Shown: positions 37,794 to 51,208 of the stretch, piece by piece
How the letters are laid out: every line of letters starts with the position of its first letter
Numbering within the stretch: the first letter of the stretch is position 1
From: Psilocybe cubensis
Taxonomy: Eukaryota
Direction of reading: 5' to 3'
Length of the DNA stretch: 64,000 bases
Assembly: GCA_017499595.2 (NCBI GenBank)
Contig: CM039009.1
Coordinates: forward strand, 186,001 to 250,000
Notes under the pieces: model-generated
Seen by the model: the letters and a program-made list of their open reading frames with translations, nothing else
Database searches by the model: none
What the model was told of the DNA's origin: nothing
Made by a program: the position numbers and the translations under genes

Positions 37794-40061
37794 ATGAGCG
37801 CACCTCTTTCAGCATACCCTTCCGACTCTGGGATAAGCGTCGGTAACGACGCTGATGTCACGACATTCCTAGCATCACCTTCTCGCGAGCCTACGGATCT
37901 TCCTCTGCCGGAACACTCTGACTCTCTCTTGCAGTCGTTCACCGACACTGTGCCTCCGAATCATCCATACCGCACGTTGGTGCTCTGCTTTGACGGCACT
38001 GGTGACCAGTGAGTGATTTTTTGTCATACATTATGTTTATGGCAGAATAAGCCTACAACTAACATTCCCTATATAGGTTCGATGCCGACGTGAGGAAGAT
38101 GTTTTTTGTTACTTGGATGTTGAGACTAAAGCAGAAATTCCAAACAACAGAACTCAAACATTGTTGAATTCTTCAGCATGCTAAAGAAAGACGATCCCAA
38201 CAAACAACTCGTCTACTACCAGGTTTGGCATGATTTTCTTCATATCTTGCCAACTGATTTCTCATCCATGATCAACTAGGCTGGAATTGGTACCTACACT
38301 GTTCCTCAGATTGTAAGCCCTATGATGTCTAAATTCAGTCAGGTATGATTCCACGCGCTCTTCTGCGCTTTTCAAACAATATTAACTTGTTTATAAATAT
38401 ATTTAGACCCTCGATATGGCTATCGCGTGGAATCTTGATGCACACATCATGGGTATGCTACCGTTCTTTATGATTTATCCCTTTCTAACACCCTTCAGGC
38501 GGATACGAATTCTTGATGCAAAATTGTGAGATATTCCATGACACTGCTTCCAACTTAACTCATTTGACTGTTCTCTAGATCGTGCTAACGACCGGATATG
38601 CATTTTTGGCTTCTCTCGAGGTGCCTACACCGCCCGCTGGTGAATACCTTTTTCCATGCCTTCCTTGATTACCATCTTGTTCTTACATTTTCTGCAATGA
38701 TATTTAGCTTAGCTGGTATGATCCACAAAGTGGGGCTGCTGCCTACGTGCAACCATCAACAAGTTCCTTTCGCTTACAAAATGTACACCAAAGCGGACGA
38801 TGAAGGGTGGAAGCAGTCGAATGCTTTCAAGAAGACGTTCTCTATTGACGTCGATATTGAGTTCTTGGGTGTTTGGTGCGCACAATTTGCAATGCGTTCT
38901 GCTAGTGGCGTTTCATTAACTCTTCATACTGTCACTTAGGGATACCGTCAGCTCCGTTGGTCTGATTCCACGTCGCCTCCCATTCACTACGTCAAACACT
39001 GTGGTCCGCACCTTCCGACATGCTATTGCCTTGGATGAACGCCGCGCAAAGTTCAAGGCCAATCATTGGAACAAGCCCAACCCCACGGAGCAGCTTCTCA
39101 GTGTTACCGATCAAGCTATTGAGAAGGAGTCCAAGAAGAAGAAAAAGAAAGAACACTCGAATGGGCATAAGAACGGCCACAACAGCTATAAGGCTATGGA
39201 AAGGAAGTACAGCAAAGACAAGACTGCGGAAACTAACGTTGAAGAAGTACGTTCTTGTTCATTGCGTTGTGTGCCCTTAGTTGACAGACCGTCTAGGTTT
39301 GGTTTGCAGGTTGTCATTGTGGTACGATTCATGCTTAAGTGTATAGATTGAATATAGTTCAACTAATATCATTTTTACTATCTGGCAGACATCGGTGGCG
39401 GATCAGGTTAGTGTTCATCGAATGCATTGCAGGATAATTAACCGATTCTGATCCCTCAGTCGCAAATGCTGTAAAGCCTTGTCTCGCCCGTATCCCCCTT
39501 CGCTGGATGATCCGCGAGTGCTTCAGGAACCACAGTGGTATCATGTTCCACGTCGACGGCCTCAAAAAGGTCGGCCTGGACCCTGCGAGCTTGTACCCCA
39601 TCGTCCTTCCCCGCCCTCCGGCGTTGACCCTTGACCATTCCTCACCTTTGACATCGCAAATACAGACGATCCCCAAGAAGGCCCCTGCCCCTCCCAGCGA
39701 CGATGACGAAGAGACTTCTGCCCTCCTCAGTCCTTCTGAGGAGCTATTGGAATCGGAGGAGCTTGCGGATCTCAAAGATTCACTGGCTCCAATCTATGAC
39801 CAGCTCAGTCTTGCGTGGTTCTGGTGGCTCTTGGAACTCATCCCTTTGAGGTTCCGTTATCAGGACTCAGACAACGACACTTTGTGGATCTCCAAGCTCA
39901 AAATTAACTTTGGTCGTGGTAGACATGTTCCTAAGCAGAGACGCCATGGCGTGAAGGTACACAGAAGTGTGAAGACCCGCCTCGAGGCCGAGCACGCTGA
40001 TAAGACGAAATACAAACCCAAGGCCAACCTCAAGTTGGAATGTGTTACCTGGGTTGATTAG
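37794..40061 (+). CDS. DUF2235 (Tle1 phospholipase-like alpha/beta hydrolase) protein
   Basis: LVLCFDGTG, YYQAGIGT, GFSRGAYTAR, WDTVSSVG, FRHAIALDERRAKF, VWFAGCHCDIGGG, LARIPLRWMIREC. Confidence 0.88.
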
Positions 40062-40286
40062 TTATTTACGGTCTTCTAAGTTCTACTTCAGTCGAACTTT
40101 TTCGAGTTTTTGTAAGGTATAGTTGATGTTGTGTAGTCGTGGTTGCTTTGCAAATTCATGAACGTAAACTTCAGCAAGGAATTCAAGGTCCGATGATGCC
40201 GATAAGATAAGATCGTCTAAATTCGCTTCCGCTTTCGTCGCTGAGAACACAAAAAATGACTCTGCCTCTTACCACTCTGACTCTGA

Positions 40287-41796
40287 ATGATATTCCGGCC
40301 CTTTCTATCAAAAGGCGCCAGATTCTCAACCTTTTTGATACTTAGAACCCCTTCTATACCCGCTAGACAATATCTATCCACCTCGAGTCAATTACAACAC
40401 TCACTGCAAATCCCAAAACCAAACCAGACCAAAACCAAGAACTCGCGCACCATGGGCAAGAGAAAGTCTTCCACACCCGGAGAAGAGAATTTGCTGCTCC
40501 CCACACCACCTTCAACGCTTCCTATTGTCGATACACACACACACGTGGCTTCGACATTTGACTTCTATAGAGGCAGGTACAAGGAGGGGAAATACCAGAC
40601 CGTGTATGAGTTTATCAAGGCGATGTATCAGGGGCGAAATGTGGAGGCTGTAGTGGATGTGTGGTGCGAAGCTCCAGTAAATAAGACCTGGAAAGAATTC
40701 GCGGACGCCGCTGCCGATAAAGAGAAATGGGGCGGGTTGGAGTATTGGTTCGTCATGGGTACGTCGTGTTCTTGACGCCTGATGCACAGTAAGATTAATA
40801 ATTTCTGTTTCGATAAGGCGTTCATCCGTGAGTGTTCGAATTGTAACGAAGCCTTGAAAGGGGCCAATAATTGTTGTTCTAGTCATGACGCAAAATCCTA
40901 CACCGATGAGGTGGAAAATGACATGTTCGTTGTTCAAATTTGCGTGCATGTATTTGTCAACGAAATCTCATGACACGTCCTTCATACAGTCTAGAAGCCA
41001 TGGCGCACCCGCGATGTGTTGGATGGGGAGAAATGGGGCTGGATTACCACTATGACAACTCCCCTCGGGATATTCAACAGGCTGTATTTACACGTCAATT
41101 GAAGCAGGCCGTCAGACTCGGGAAACCTCTCACAATACACACTCGCGAAGCTGACGACGATACAGAGCGTATTCTAAAAGCTGAGGTCCCGAAAGATCAC
41201 AAAGTGCGTGCCATCACCTATCGATGTACGAATATGACTGAAGAAGTGTTCAACGTCAGATTCATATACATTGCTTTACCGACTCACCTGGCTTCGCACA
41301 AAGACTATTAGATCATTTTCCTAACCTCTATATCGGAATAACTGGTCAGCTTCATCCAACAATCCCATTCGTTTGACGCTGACCTTACTTCGTAGGCGTC
41401 ATTACTTATTCCACCAATGTGGACACGTCGACAGTGGTTCAGAATATGGTCGCCCCACCTTCAGAACCTCTTTCCACATCCCCTACATCAATGCGCATTC
41501 TCCTCGAAACCGATGCACCGTTCATGGTTCCCTCCAATCTATACGACGATCTTCCTGCGATCCGTGGAAAGAAGCTACCTGTCTGCCACACAGCAATGAT
41601 ACCATGGACGGCCAAGTTTGTAGCCGACATTACAAACAAAGCAAGGCTTCCTCCAGCGCCACCTATTGCAGCACCTGCGGACGAAGATACTGCAGGAATC
41701 CCACAATCTGTTGATATTACGCAGCCTGATTCATGGGACGCTGATATTGTTATGAGAGTCGCTAGGGATAATGCTCGAAACGTCTACGGGGTATAA
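40287..41796 (+). CDS. TatD-family metal-dependent DNase, possible mitochondrial presequence
   Basis: IVDTHTH, GVHP, GEMGLDYHY, LTIHTREA, IHIHCFTDS, ILLETDAPFM. Confidence 0.88.
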
Positions 41797-42447
41797 CGAC
41801 AAGTAGATTAGAGTCGTATCCTGTACCTTCGCATCCTCTCAATTATAATGTCGTTCAGGTCGTCGTCAACTTGATATCGCTTCGCAAATGCCTTTCAACT
41901 TCGACCTAGGGATTATGAAATTCAAGGTACCGTTGTATTTATCGAGTTCATTCAGTTGATTTATATCACCTCAGGCGGCGTTGCGATGTGTACCTGCATT
42001 ATTTCTGGTAAACCTGTCCTCAGAATCTATTGTGAATACATGTCTGTCTCGGTCTCTGCTTTGACCTTTGTCTCATAACCGATGATGGGCGTGGCAGACG
42101 TGAAGTTGACATGCCTTTCCCCCGGCTTGCAGCGCGCTGTGCGTATTCAATTTCAATTTCAAATGTTAAAGCGCCTTTCGTTGAATCGCTCCGAATATTG
42201 CGTGGTTTGGTCGCTCATAACCTGTAAGAAATTTTCAGCGTTTCTGTCATTTGACATCGCTCATTTCAATACCAGGTCGTGGTTCAACCGTTTTCTATTC
42301 AAAATTCCTATTACCTCTGTTCCCTCCGCAGATGATCTTGTCAGAGCTGTTATGTTCAAATGCTTGCAACCGGGATCTGTGTGGGTCTGCAAACATGCCT
42401 TTCAACGAATATAAAGCTAGAACGTTGGATGGGTGTTTGCTAACAAA

Positions 42448-43203
42448 ATGCGTATTTCACTTCCTTTAGTCACAGCCATCTCACCCTTTGTCCTGCTTTT
42501 GTCGACTGCTCAGACCACCAACTCGTGGTTTAGCTCCCTTACGCCATGTGTCGTGAATTGTGCAAAATCTGCGGCCGCATCCGCTAATTGTGATGTGTAC
42601 GTTGTGTCCTATTCATGATCAGACTGTGTTCATTTGTTTTTGTCGTATTTTTCGATTTTAGCACAGATTTGAAGTGCCTTTGTAACTCGTCTACCTTTTT
42701 AGCCGATTTCAGAGACTGTGTAGAGCTTTCCTGCCCAATCACAACGACTGCGGACTCTCCTATCAGTGTTTTCAGCAACGCCTGCAGTACGTTATATGTT
42801 GTATATTAAACACAATTATGATCTCATTCGTATTTCAGTCAACCTTGATTGGACTTGGGGTGCCACACCTTGTATTCGAAACTGTGCTAGCAACGCGGCT
42901 CAAATTGTTGGATGCAACTTGTAAGTCGAAACCGCTTGGGTTACGATTCCGGTTCGGTACTAAACAAAGTCCTTGCTGCCATCTGAATCAGAAACGATTT
43001 CATCTGTCTGTGCAACCACAAGGCAGCGTTTCTTACTGCGCTCTTTACATGCATTCAAAACAATTGCCCGGCTCAGCTTGGTCCCGCTGAGAATTTCATA
43101 GCGAACAACTTTGTTTGTCGTGCGTGATGTTTTACTTTGTTCAGAGTTGAGTTCAATGCTGACATGAAGCAGCCATTGTTGATCCCCCTCCGCCAAACTC
43201 ATA
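42448..43203 (+). CDS. Small secreted protein with two tandem CFEM-like domains
   Basis: Signal peptide, then PCVVNCAKSAAASANCDV-TDLKCLCNS..DCVELSC..NAC and PCIRNCASNAAQIVGCNL-NDFICLCNH..TCIQNNC..FVC after splicing. Last exon uncertain. Confidence 0.7.
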
Positions 43204-43740
43204 ATCCAACAGGAAGTGTGATTATACCTGTGGCCTACTCTGCCACTGGTCGCCAGTGTTTACCCGAGTCTTCTAATCAGGGATTCTGCGTACTGTTTCA
43301 TTTCCTTGTAAAGCAAATTAGGAAGGCACTGTTACACAACTTATTCAATACCACTCAAGTTGAGCTTGAGATATTACCCCTTGCGATTTTCTACATTGTG
43401 TACATGCGCGAATGCCATCTCGTCTCCATCTGAGAAATAGTTAATCTGGACGGTCCGACTTGATCAGCGTTTTATACTGTATGCCTGCAGCTCGGGCTAA
43501 GTATACCTTCTCATTCCACATGACAAGCTTCAACAGAAGAATCCACTTCTCACATTATTCAGATGGTGGTATAAAACCAATGTCCATTATAGCCATCAAC
43601 TTCCTGTGATGTCGGGATTCCTCGGCCAACCTAAGTTGGGCTTCAATTCATCCTTTCGTTCCTATATCCGGCTTGTGACTTGTGGCCATATAAGATATAA
43701 TGCAAATCCGGCCTACGCATTCGTTCCATCGCCATCTTCT

Positions 43741-45024
43741 ATGGCACCCATGATCATCACTAGTCCCATAGCGCTTGGTTCACTTTTGATTTTATCGCGT
43801 CAGGTTCTCGGTCAAAATGCTAATATCGCCGGAATTGCGCAGTGTACCTCTGGTTTAGCTGATTGGGTGTGTAGCCTCTAAGTAATCAAATCTACATGGG
43901 CTCATGAGTTATCAGAGCTTCAACAGCCTGAATCAAAGTCCGTGTCAGATAGGCACAGACTTATTTAATGTGTGTATTACCGGGACACGTACGTATTCAA
44001 TTGTGTGAATTTTCCTATTTTAACCGAGGTTATCAGCTCAACCTATACCTCAACTTCCCGTGAACAACTCATACATTGGGCCCCTGCCTGGCAATGGAAC
44101 GGACTGTAGCTGCAGCTCAGTCTACTATTCTCTTTTAAGTGCTTGCGCAGTGTGTCAAGGGCGCAACTTTATCAGGTACCTTTCCTCATCTTTGAGTCAT
44201 ACGGGTAGTTGGTGATAAAGGTACTATCCTGTAGCTGGACGCAGTACAATCAAAACTGTCGTCAGGTGTTTTTAGGCATGTAAGTATGTTCAAATAATCG
44301 GAACTCACAGCTACTGAGATCCGCCTCATAGCTTTTCTGGAAATATACCCCCAGACACTCGAGTACCACACTATGCCTATCTTAACATTACGGTGAGAAT
44401 TCTTAAGCCTATAGATGAGGCTTCATCGAAAGCTCATTGTAATCAAGGCCACAGGTAATACATTTAACGTTGCTTCTGCATCATCGGCAGGTATGATCTA
44501 TGGAGACCACACGAATTGGAGTTGGCTCACATTTGTTATATTACAGGTGGCGTAGAGTCAACCAGTATTCCGACTCCAACGTCGTCCTCCAGCCAGACAT
44601 CATCGACCTCCGGACCCCCAACCAGTGCAGTATCATCTGAATCACATACTCACAGCCACGCTGGAGTTATCGCAGGAGCGACGGTCGGAGGGATTGCTGG
44701 TGCCGCTCTGATCGCAGCTGCCATTTTCATTCTTTGGAAAAAAAGACGCTCGCAGCCTACAGGGAGATATGACGTTCCGATTCCACAAAGTGATACGCCT
44801 CATCAAGTACAGGCGAACAGTGCTTTTGGAACTGAACAAATGAGGCTTTATGTGGGTGATGTATTTCAAATGCATACTGTATACTTACATATGATTAGGA
44901 TCCGAACGATCCATCGACATTCCCTCCTAGCTTCGGAAATGCCAGATCTACAAACACTACCCCGGCGTCTTCATACCCAATTCAGCATCCTGCATCCACA
45001 TTCACAGGGGCACCAGAGGTGTGA
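43741..45024 (+). CDS. Single-pass membrane protein with Cys-rich ectodomain and Ser/Thr stalk (Mid2-like architecture)
   Basis: Signal peptide, FNSLNQSPCQ, CSCSSVYYSLLSACAVCQ, TM VIAGATVGGIAGAALIAAAIFILW-KKRR, C-terminal YDPNDPSTFP...GAPEV*. Confidence 0.75.
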
Positions 45025-45632
45025 TATTAGACAAATGGGTTTGGCTACACCAAAGTCAAACGCTGGGTATCTAAATGTGCTATCCTCTCTTCCCGAGTCC
45101 TTATGTCCTCCGACAATCTTCGAAAGTTCTTTTTTCTCTCTGTAATACCACGAACCTTGATGATATGACATGACAATTTCTCTGAAACGTATATACATTA
45201 CATATCTGCCCAGGTCGTCCGTGTATAACTACTCGTAGAAATGATTAACAGGTTTACTTTTAATGCCGAGACTGCTGACTAAAAGGGGACCTGTCCCGCT
45301 CCTATGCCCAAAACAAAAAAGCTTTCAATGTATGGAGGTAAATTGAGTGAGCCTTTCCTTGTAGTGCGCTCACATAAATTCCAGTTTTCCAACATTGCTC
45401 AAAGCGCATTGAAATTTGAAAATTGAAATTACTACCGTAAGTTACAGCGTTAGGCCCCGTTGATGGCGGTGGCTGTAGCATCAATTGCTTCACGTGATCC
45501 AATGATGCAGATGTGTCCCGGACCTCGTCTCTTTGATTTGCTCTTTTTTCTGAACATCGAGTAGCAACGACATCCTCATTTTCTATTCCTCATATTCAGT
45601 TCTATATCATCTTTTCTCACAACTTCTACATA

Positions 45633-47401
45633 ATGTCTGCTATTTCTCCAAGTGAAGCCTTAGTTGCTGCAAGTGTGCTGAAGGCCGAAACCTCGGTTGT
45701 TGTGGAACAGGTTCCTGCCACCACCGTATCCACAGGCGATGCCACGATAACTGCCACTGGTTCAACATCTACAGAGACGCAGAAAGATACAAATTCACAA
45801 GCTGTAGATGATAGTGCTACTGGTACACCGGCACCTTCAGTTTCTGTCGTACTCTCGCCACCGAAAACGACGGAGGAATTGATTGCAGCTCGCGCTCTCA
45901 AGCGCATTGCGAGGAGGACAGCTATCAGGGAGAAAGCTGAAGGGTACAAGCGAGCGGTGAGTGCTTAAATTATTTGTGGCATCTCGCTAGGAATTTGAAC
46001 ATGGAATGGAAACCAATCATTGCAATACATTTGCAGGGAGACATTCTTTTTGACTCGAGGAATTATAAAGCCTCATACGCTCAATATCTACTGGCCATTG
46101 ACCTGTGCCCTTCGAAGCCATCCTACTTTATCAGCCTCGCTGCTGCATATCGTAAACTGAAGTGGTGAGCCTCTCTCTAATTGGTACCTAAAATCCGACA
46201 CCAATAAAGGAATAGGTATGAAGAAGCTGCACACGCAGCAACTCGGGCGCTCACCTTAGATCCTAAAAATACGGAAGCCCGCTACGTGCGAGGTGTTTCC
46301 CGCCTCGAACAACGGCTCTTAAGGCCTGCCAAAATCGGTACCAAGCTCAATGCCGTAGTTTCGAAGGGACAAGCTAATTGACTCCACAGATTTTGAAACC
46401 GTGCTCGAACACGACCCCAGCCACCTACTTGCCCGCGCCGCGCTCACAGAAGTGACCCATTTCATCGAAACTAGCACCCAGCTCGGGACACATGCTCTCG
46501 GTCCGAACCCCGTCGACGAGCTCGTCAAGGACGTCGATTTCAGTTTCCCTCACTACGACCAAGATGCGCTCGAAATCGCCGAACTATCCGACTCGAGCGA
46601 CTGCCATCACGTCGGAAACGGTGTCCAATGCAGATTTTACAATCATGACGGCTGTAGCCGCGGCAGCGCCTGTACGTTCTCTCATGCACCTGATGAGAAG
46701 AGCGTACGTGACGACCTGTAAGTTAATCTTGTTTACGATGGCTACTCTCTGAACCTTGACTCTTTTTCAGCGGCAAGAATGTGTGTATCTACTTCCTTCT
46801 CGACTCGTGCAAATTTGGCCCCGCAAAATGCATCTACTCGCACTCCAAAGTTGCCCTTCCTAAACACGGATGGTGGACAAGCCCCGAGCAAATTGCGAAA
46901 GTAAAGTCTGTTCTTGAAGTTGCAGAACAAAAGTCTCGCGAACAACGCCAACTCGAGAACGAACGGTGGAAGGCCTATGTCAAGGCGATGAAGGCGGGGA
47001 TGGCCAAGCCGCCGAAGTCCGCTGGCATAAAAAAGGAAAAGAAAGAGGGAGGTCCAGAGGCTGCAGCCTCCCCAACGGAGCCTACGACACCCAAATCCGC
47101 AGTGCCAGCGGGACAGAAGAAAAAGGAAAGCGGGAAACCGAATGGTACTCAACGCCGCAAAGGACCCGCTTCCGGGAACAGGAGAAAGAAACCTGCGTCT
47201 GCAACAGACAATGCATCTGCACCGACCACGACAGATGCCGGCCAACCCCCGGCCACGACAGACAACACGACGTCTAGTTTCACGGATTACAAATTGAACG
47301 TTCCTCCGTCTGATGTTAAGCCCGTACGTCGAAACTATTCTGCTTGGGTGTGCGTTATTTAACTGTTTCTACAGGAACCCACGGAGACCCTTTCTTACTA
47401 A
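45633..47401 (+). CDS. TPR-repeat and CCCH zinc-finger protein
   Basis: TPR-like GDILFDSRNYKASYAQYLLAIDLCP / AATRALTLDPKNTEARYVRG. Zinc fingers CRFYNHDGCSRGSACTFSH and CIYFLLDSCKFGPAKCIYSH. Confidence 0.82.
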
Positions 47402-48621
47402 ACAAGGTCAAACCACGTACACTTCTATTGCTCCATCTATTTCATTCTGCTCACATATTATCCACTTCGCTTTCTTGAGTTTCTCTTCTATACCATCGCG
47501 GCTCATCATCCTTATTTATTGCTTTTTTGTTCCTAATCCTTATTTCTTATTTCGTTATCCAATTTTAAAGCTCTCATCTCATCTCAAGTTTATCTTTGTC
47601 TCCTCTTCCTCGTCCTAGTCTCAATACTCCGGAATCTACACTCCTCCGTGTTAATGTGCGTTTCAATATTTTATTACAAATTGATGTTATCTAACTTCTC
47701 ACTGCAGAACTTACTCTCTATCGCTCTGTATATTATTGCTGAAAAACAACCTATTTTTCTATTGCATTCAAAGGTTTCGAATTCTAGGCTTGGTATGACC
47801 GATATAACCGAGGTAGTGGTGCACGTGACACTGCATCGCGTCTCTGGTGGTACTTAGGGGCTGGCTTCAAACCCCAATTTACACCGAATTTAATGGAGAA
47901 TAACCATCGACTCAATCTTGAAAATATAAATCATCCTTCTCTTACCAATCTTCTGTCATTTCTGTCACAGCCTAAATAACATCAGAGGATGTCAATTTTG
48001 GCAATGGCTATATGCAATTGGGTTAGAACTTAGAAGTGACGCGCGAAGACGAGATCTTCATTGTTCTGAAATGCCAAATGGTATGATTATACTGTTACTA
48101 CTACGTCTTGGTTGGATGGAGCCGCCTGCAAAATCTATATCTCTTTATCTCTTTATATAGCTCAGGACATAATTCGACAATTAATTGTCTGCATCCCTCT
48201 CACTATGGTACGGTCATTGTTATTAGCCAATAATGTCAGTATACAGCCTGAAGAGAAACCATCGCCAAATTAATGATGACCATGCGCCTCAGAACATCAG
48301 GACCATCCGGGGCTTCGAATAATGTGACTCATACCGAATTCGGCATGAATGCTCTAACATTAGTAAAACTGACGGAGGAGATCAAGGGAAGGTGGTGCCC
48401 TTTCACTTCGGCTGCGAAGACCTAAACCTGCAGACTCACCTAGGCTGTTGCATTGGACGGTGCAATGAGTCAGACGTGAACAAACAGTGAAAGCCTAGCA
48501 AGACGTGTACCCCGCTGTCATCGCGCCTGCGTTCTATTCGGATTTCGGAGTACTAAAAAGGCGTGTCGACCATTGGTGTTACTGACATCGAAAAGCTCGT
48601 TGCTCTTACCAGATCGACAAC

Positions 48622-49879
48622 ATGTCTGAAGGTGGGGCACACCCATTGAACAGGTTAAATTTTTTGGACAAAGTGAAACTTCTCGTCGTCTTGATGTCCC
48701 TACGTACGTGCGCGTGTTTCTACGACGAACAATAACATTCTCAGCAGTACCTAAACAGCCGTTGTCCTCTTTTGGGCACTGATTCAATCATTCCGGTCTC
48801 CGTATGTAAAACATAAAACGTGGAAAAGGGTGCTATTAGACACTGCGTCACTGCACCTAATGACCCACCTGAGCAGACGACAAGCACGCGCGATCACCGG
48901 GACTACAAAGGGCGTCTACGCGGATTTTATGAAAGCTAAGGGTCGCCCTGAGGTTATCCAGGAGCTGGGTGACGACGCGAGACTATTTTGGTTTGGACCA
49001 AGGAAAGCTGATCGCGTTTTGTTGTTCTTCCATGGTATGCGAAATCAACTTCAATTCTCGGAGAGATTGCTGAACTTTGATTATTCAGGGGGTGCGTTTC
49101 TCTTTCCTGCACTCTCGTCGACTCCATGGCTTTGGGATCATGCTCAAGATATATTATCAAAAAGAGGTGTAGAATTTGACATCGCGATGTTGAATTACAG
49201 TAAGCTTTACTTGTAAACCTTTGGATGGGCATAACTAACCTAACCTCAAGCTCTGATCCCTGATGCGCCCTTCCCAACCCAACTCAAGCAAGCTGTGCTT
49301 GCCATACAGCACCTAATAGACACTGGTATCAAACCCTCTCACATCCAACTCACAGGTGACTCGGCCGGCGGAGCACTCATCCACCAGGTACTCTCTCACA
49401 TCTTGCACCCGCTTGCGGGCGTCCCAGAATTGTCCCTCTCAGAGCCTCTGGGTGGGGCGTATATGATGTCCCCATGGACAAGTCTCACAGACAGCTCTTT
49501 GCTAAGAAGCAACCAAGGACGGGGAGACCTCGTCAGCGTGCCTATCTTCACATACTGGGGATCCATTGTCCTTTCTGGCGTCCCCACACCCGACCTTCCG
49601 TACATTGACGCGTACTCCGCACCTCAATCCTGGCTCGATGGATCGGATAAAGCAATTAAGCGAATACTTGTTAGCGCGGGAGAGCATGAGATCCTGCGGG
49701 ACGCTATAGTGGATTATGCGAAGGAGAAGCTTGGAAACCATCACAGAGATGTTGCATTTTACTTGGAGGACAAGGGTGTCCATGATCAGCCGTTTCTGAA
49801 CTTTTTGACTGGGGATAAAGATACAGGAAAACTGACATCGTTTATTATCGACTGGTTAGATAATGGATTCTGTTCCTGA
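48622..49879 (+). CDS. HSL-family alpha/beta hydrolase (Say1/Mug180-like)
   Basis: LLFFHG/GAF (HGG split by an intron), PFPTQL, GDSAGG, MSPW, GEHEILRD, GVHD. Confidence 0.85.
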
Positions 49880-49968
49880 TGCACAACATTAAGTTTTAAT
49901 TATTTGACAAAATGGAACTTCAAATTCTTTCTAGGCCTCCAATTTATCCAGTGTCATCCAGTAAATGT

Positions 49969-51208
49969 TTAACGCCAGGTACTTGAAGCAGCGACAGACG
50001 CGGCACAGCTGGAAGGAACAGTATACGACCTGTTAGGATCGCTTTCCCAAGTCACCGCACCACTGCTCGACACTTTGAGGAACTTGTACTCGAATGACGC
50101 GCCGACAGGAAGGGACATTGTGATGGACCATAAGGGGTTGCTACTCGTATATGCCGACGCAGAGAGGGGGAGAGCAGAGCCGGTGTTCCATGATCCAAGT
50201 TGGGGGATGGACCCGACGAGCTTGATGGTGTCCCCGAAAACTGTGGTTACAAGCTCGTTGAATGTGACGGCTACGTTGCCGGGGATAGAACAGGCAGGTG
50301 CAGTGGAACTCGAACTTGGTGCAGAAGAAGTAGCCGTGGAAGTAGACGATGAAGGGAATGAGGTAGTCGAGGACGGCGGCAAGGCAGTCGTGGATGAGCC
50401 TGTTCCTCCAGTGATGGCGATATCAGCACAGGACAAGTAAATTTGTCCAGTCTGGAAGGAGTTCCAGCGCAGAGAGAGGATAGTGTGGTCGGATGTGTAG
50501 TTCGGGATCTTGACTTTTTTCGTAACCGTATATCCCCCCGCAATGCTGGTGTAGCACGACCCAAGCGCGGAATTATCGACGCCCTGGCACTTAGTGTCGC
50601 TGAATGGCTTACACGTAAACCAGTCATTTCGGTAGCATGGCTGACCAGGTGAGCAATCGCCGCTGAACTCGCAGGTCTGGCCATCCACATCAGTGCAATC
50701 AAGAGTGCCAGCCTGGAAGCAATCCTCCGCTGCCTGTTTCTCCGCATCGGTGGGTAGATACCCAGGGGTCATAAGCTTATTAACGATGTCCTGGTCCTGG
50801 CAGATACGGTACGAAAACATGCCTCCATGGTCGCCATTGTGGTCAACGCACCACTCGACGCTGACAGTCGATCCAGCGGTGTAGGTTACGACGGGGGTGT
50901 TTCCCCAGTTGGTGGCCGGGTTGTTGTAGTCTACGCTGACGCGAGCGTTATAGCCGCATGGGCCGCTACGACCGACGGGGGCGGCAGTAAGGTCTGGCCA
51001 AGATTGCACGGGCTCTAAAATGGCACATTCAGGACAGGTATCTATGCCAGCCTGCTCAAGGGAATTAAATTTGCACTTGTTATCGAAGAAACAGGCGTAC
51101 CTCTGATCCGAGGCGGCTTCGACTTTTAGGAATTGTCATATAGCCATGACCATAGACAGAAGCTGCAAACCAGAGTGCACTGGCGATGAAGAAATTGGTA
51201 GACTTCAT
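49969..51208 (-). CDS. AA13 starch-active lytic polysaccharide monooxygenase with C-terminal CBM20
   Basis: Signal peptide then [85 protein letters not shown] linker and CBM20 ([22 protein letters not shown]). Intron 51052-51100. Confidence 0.92.
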
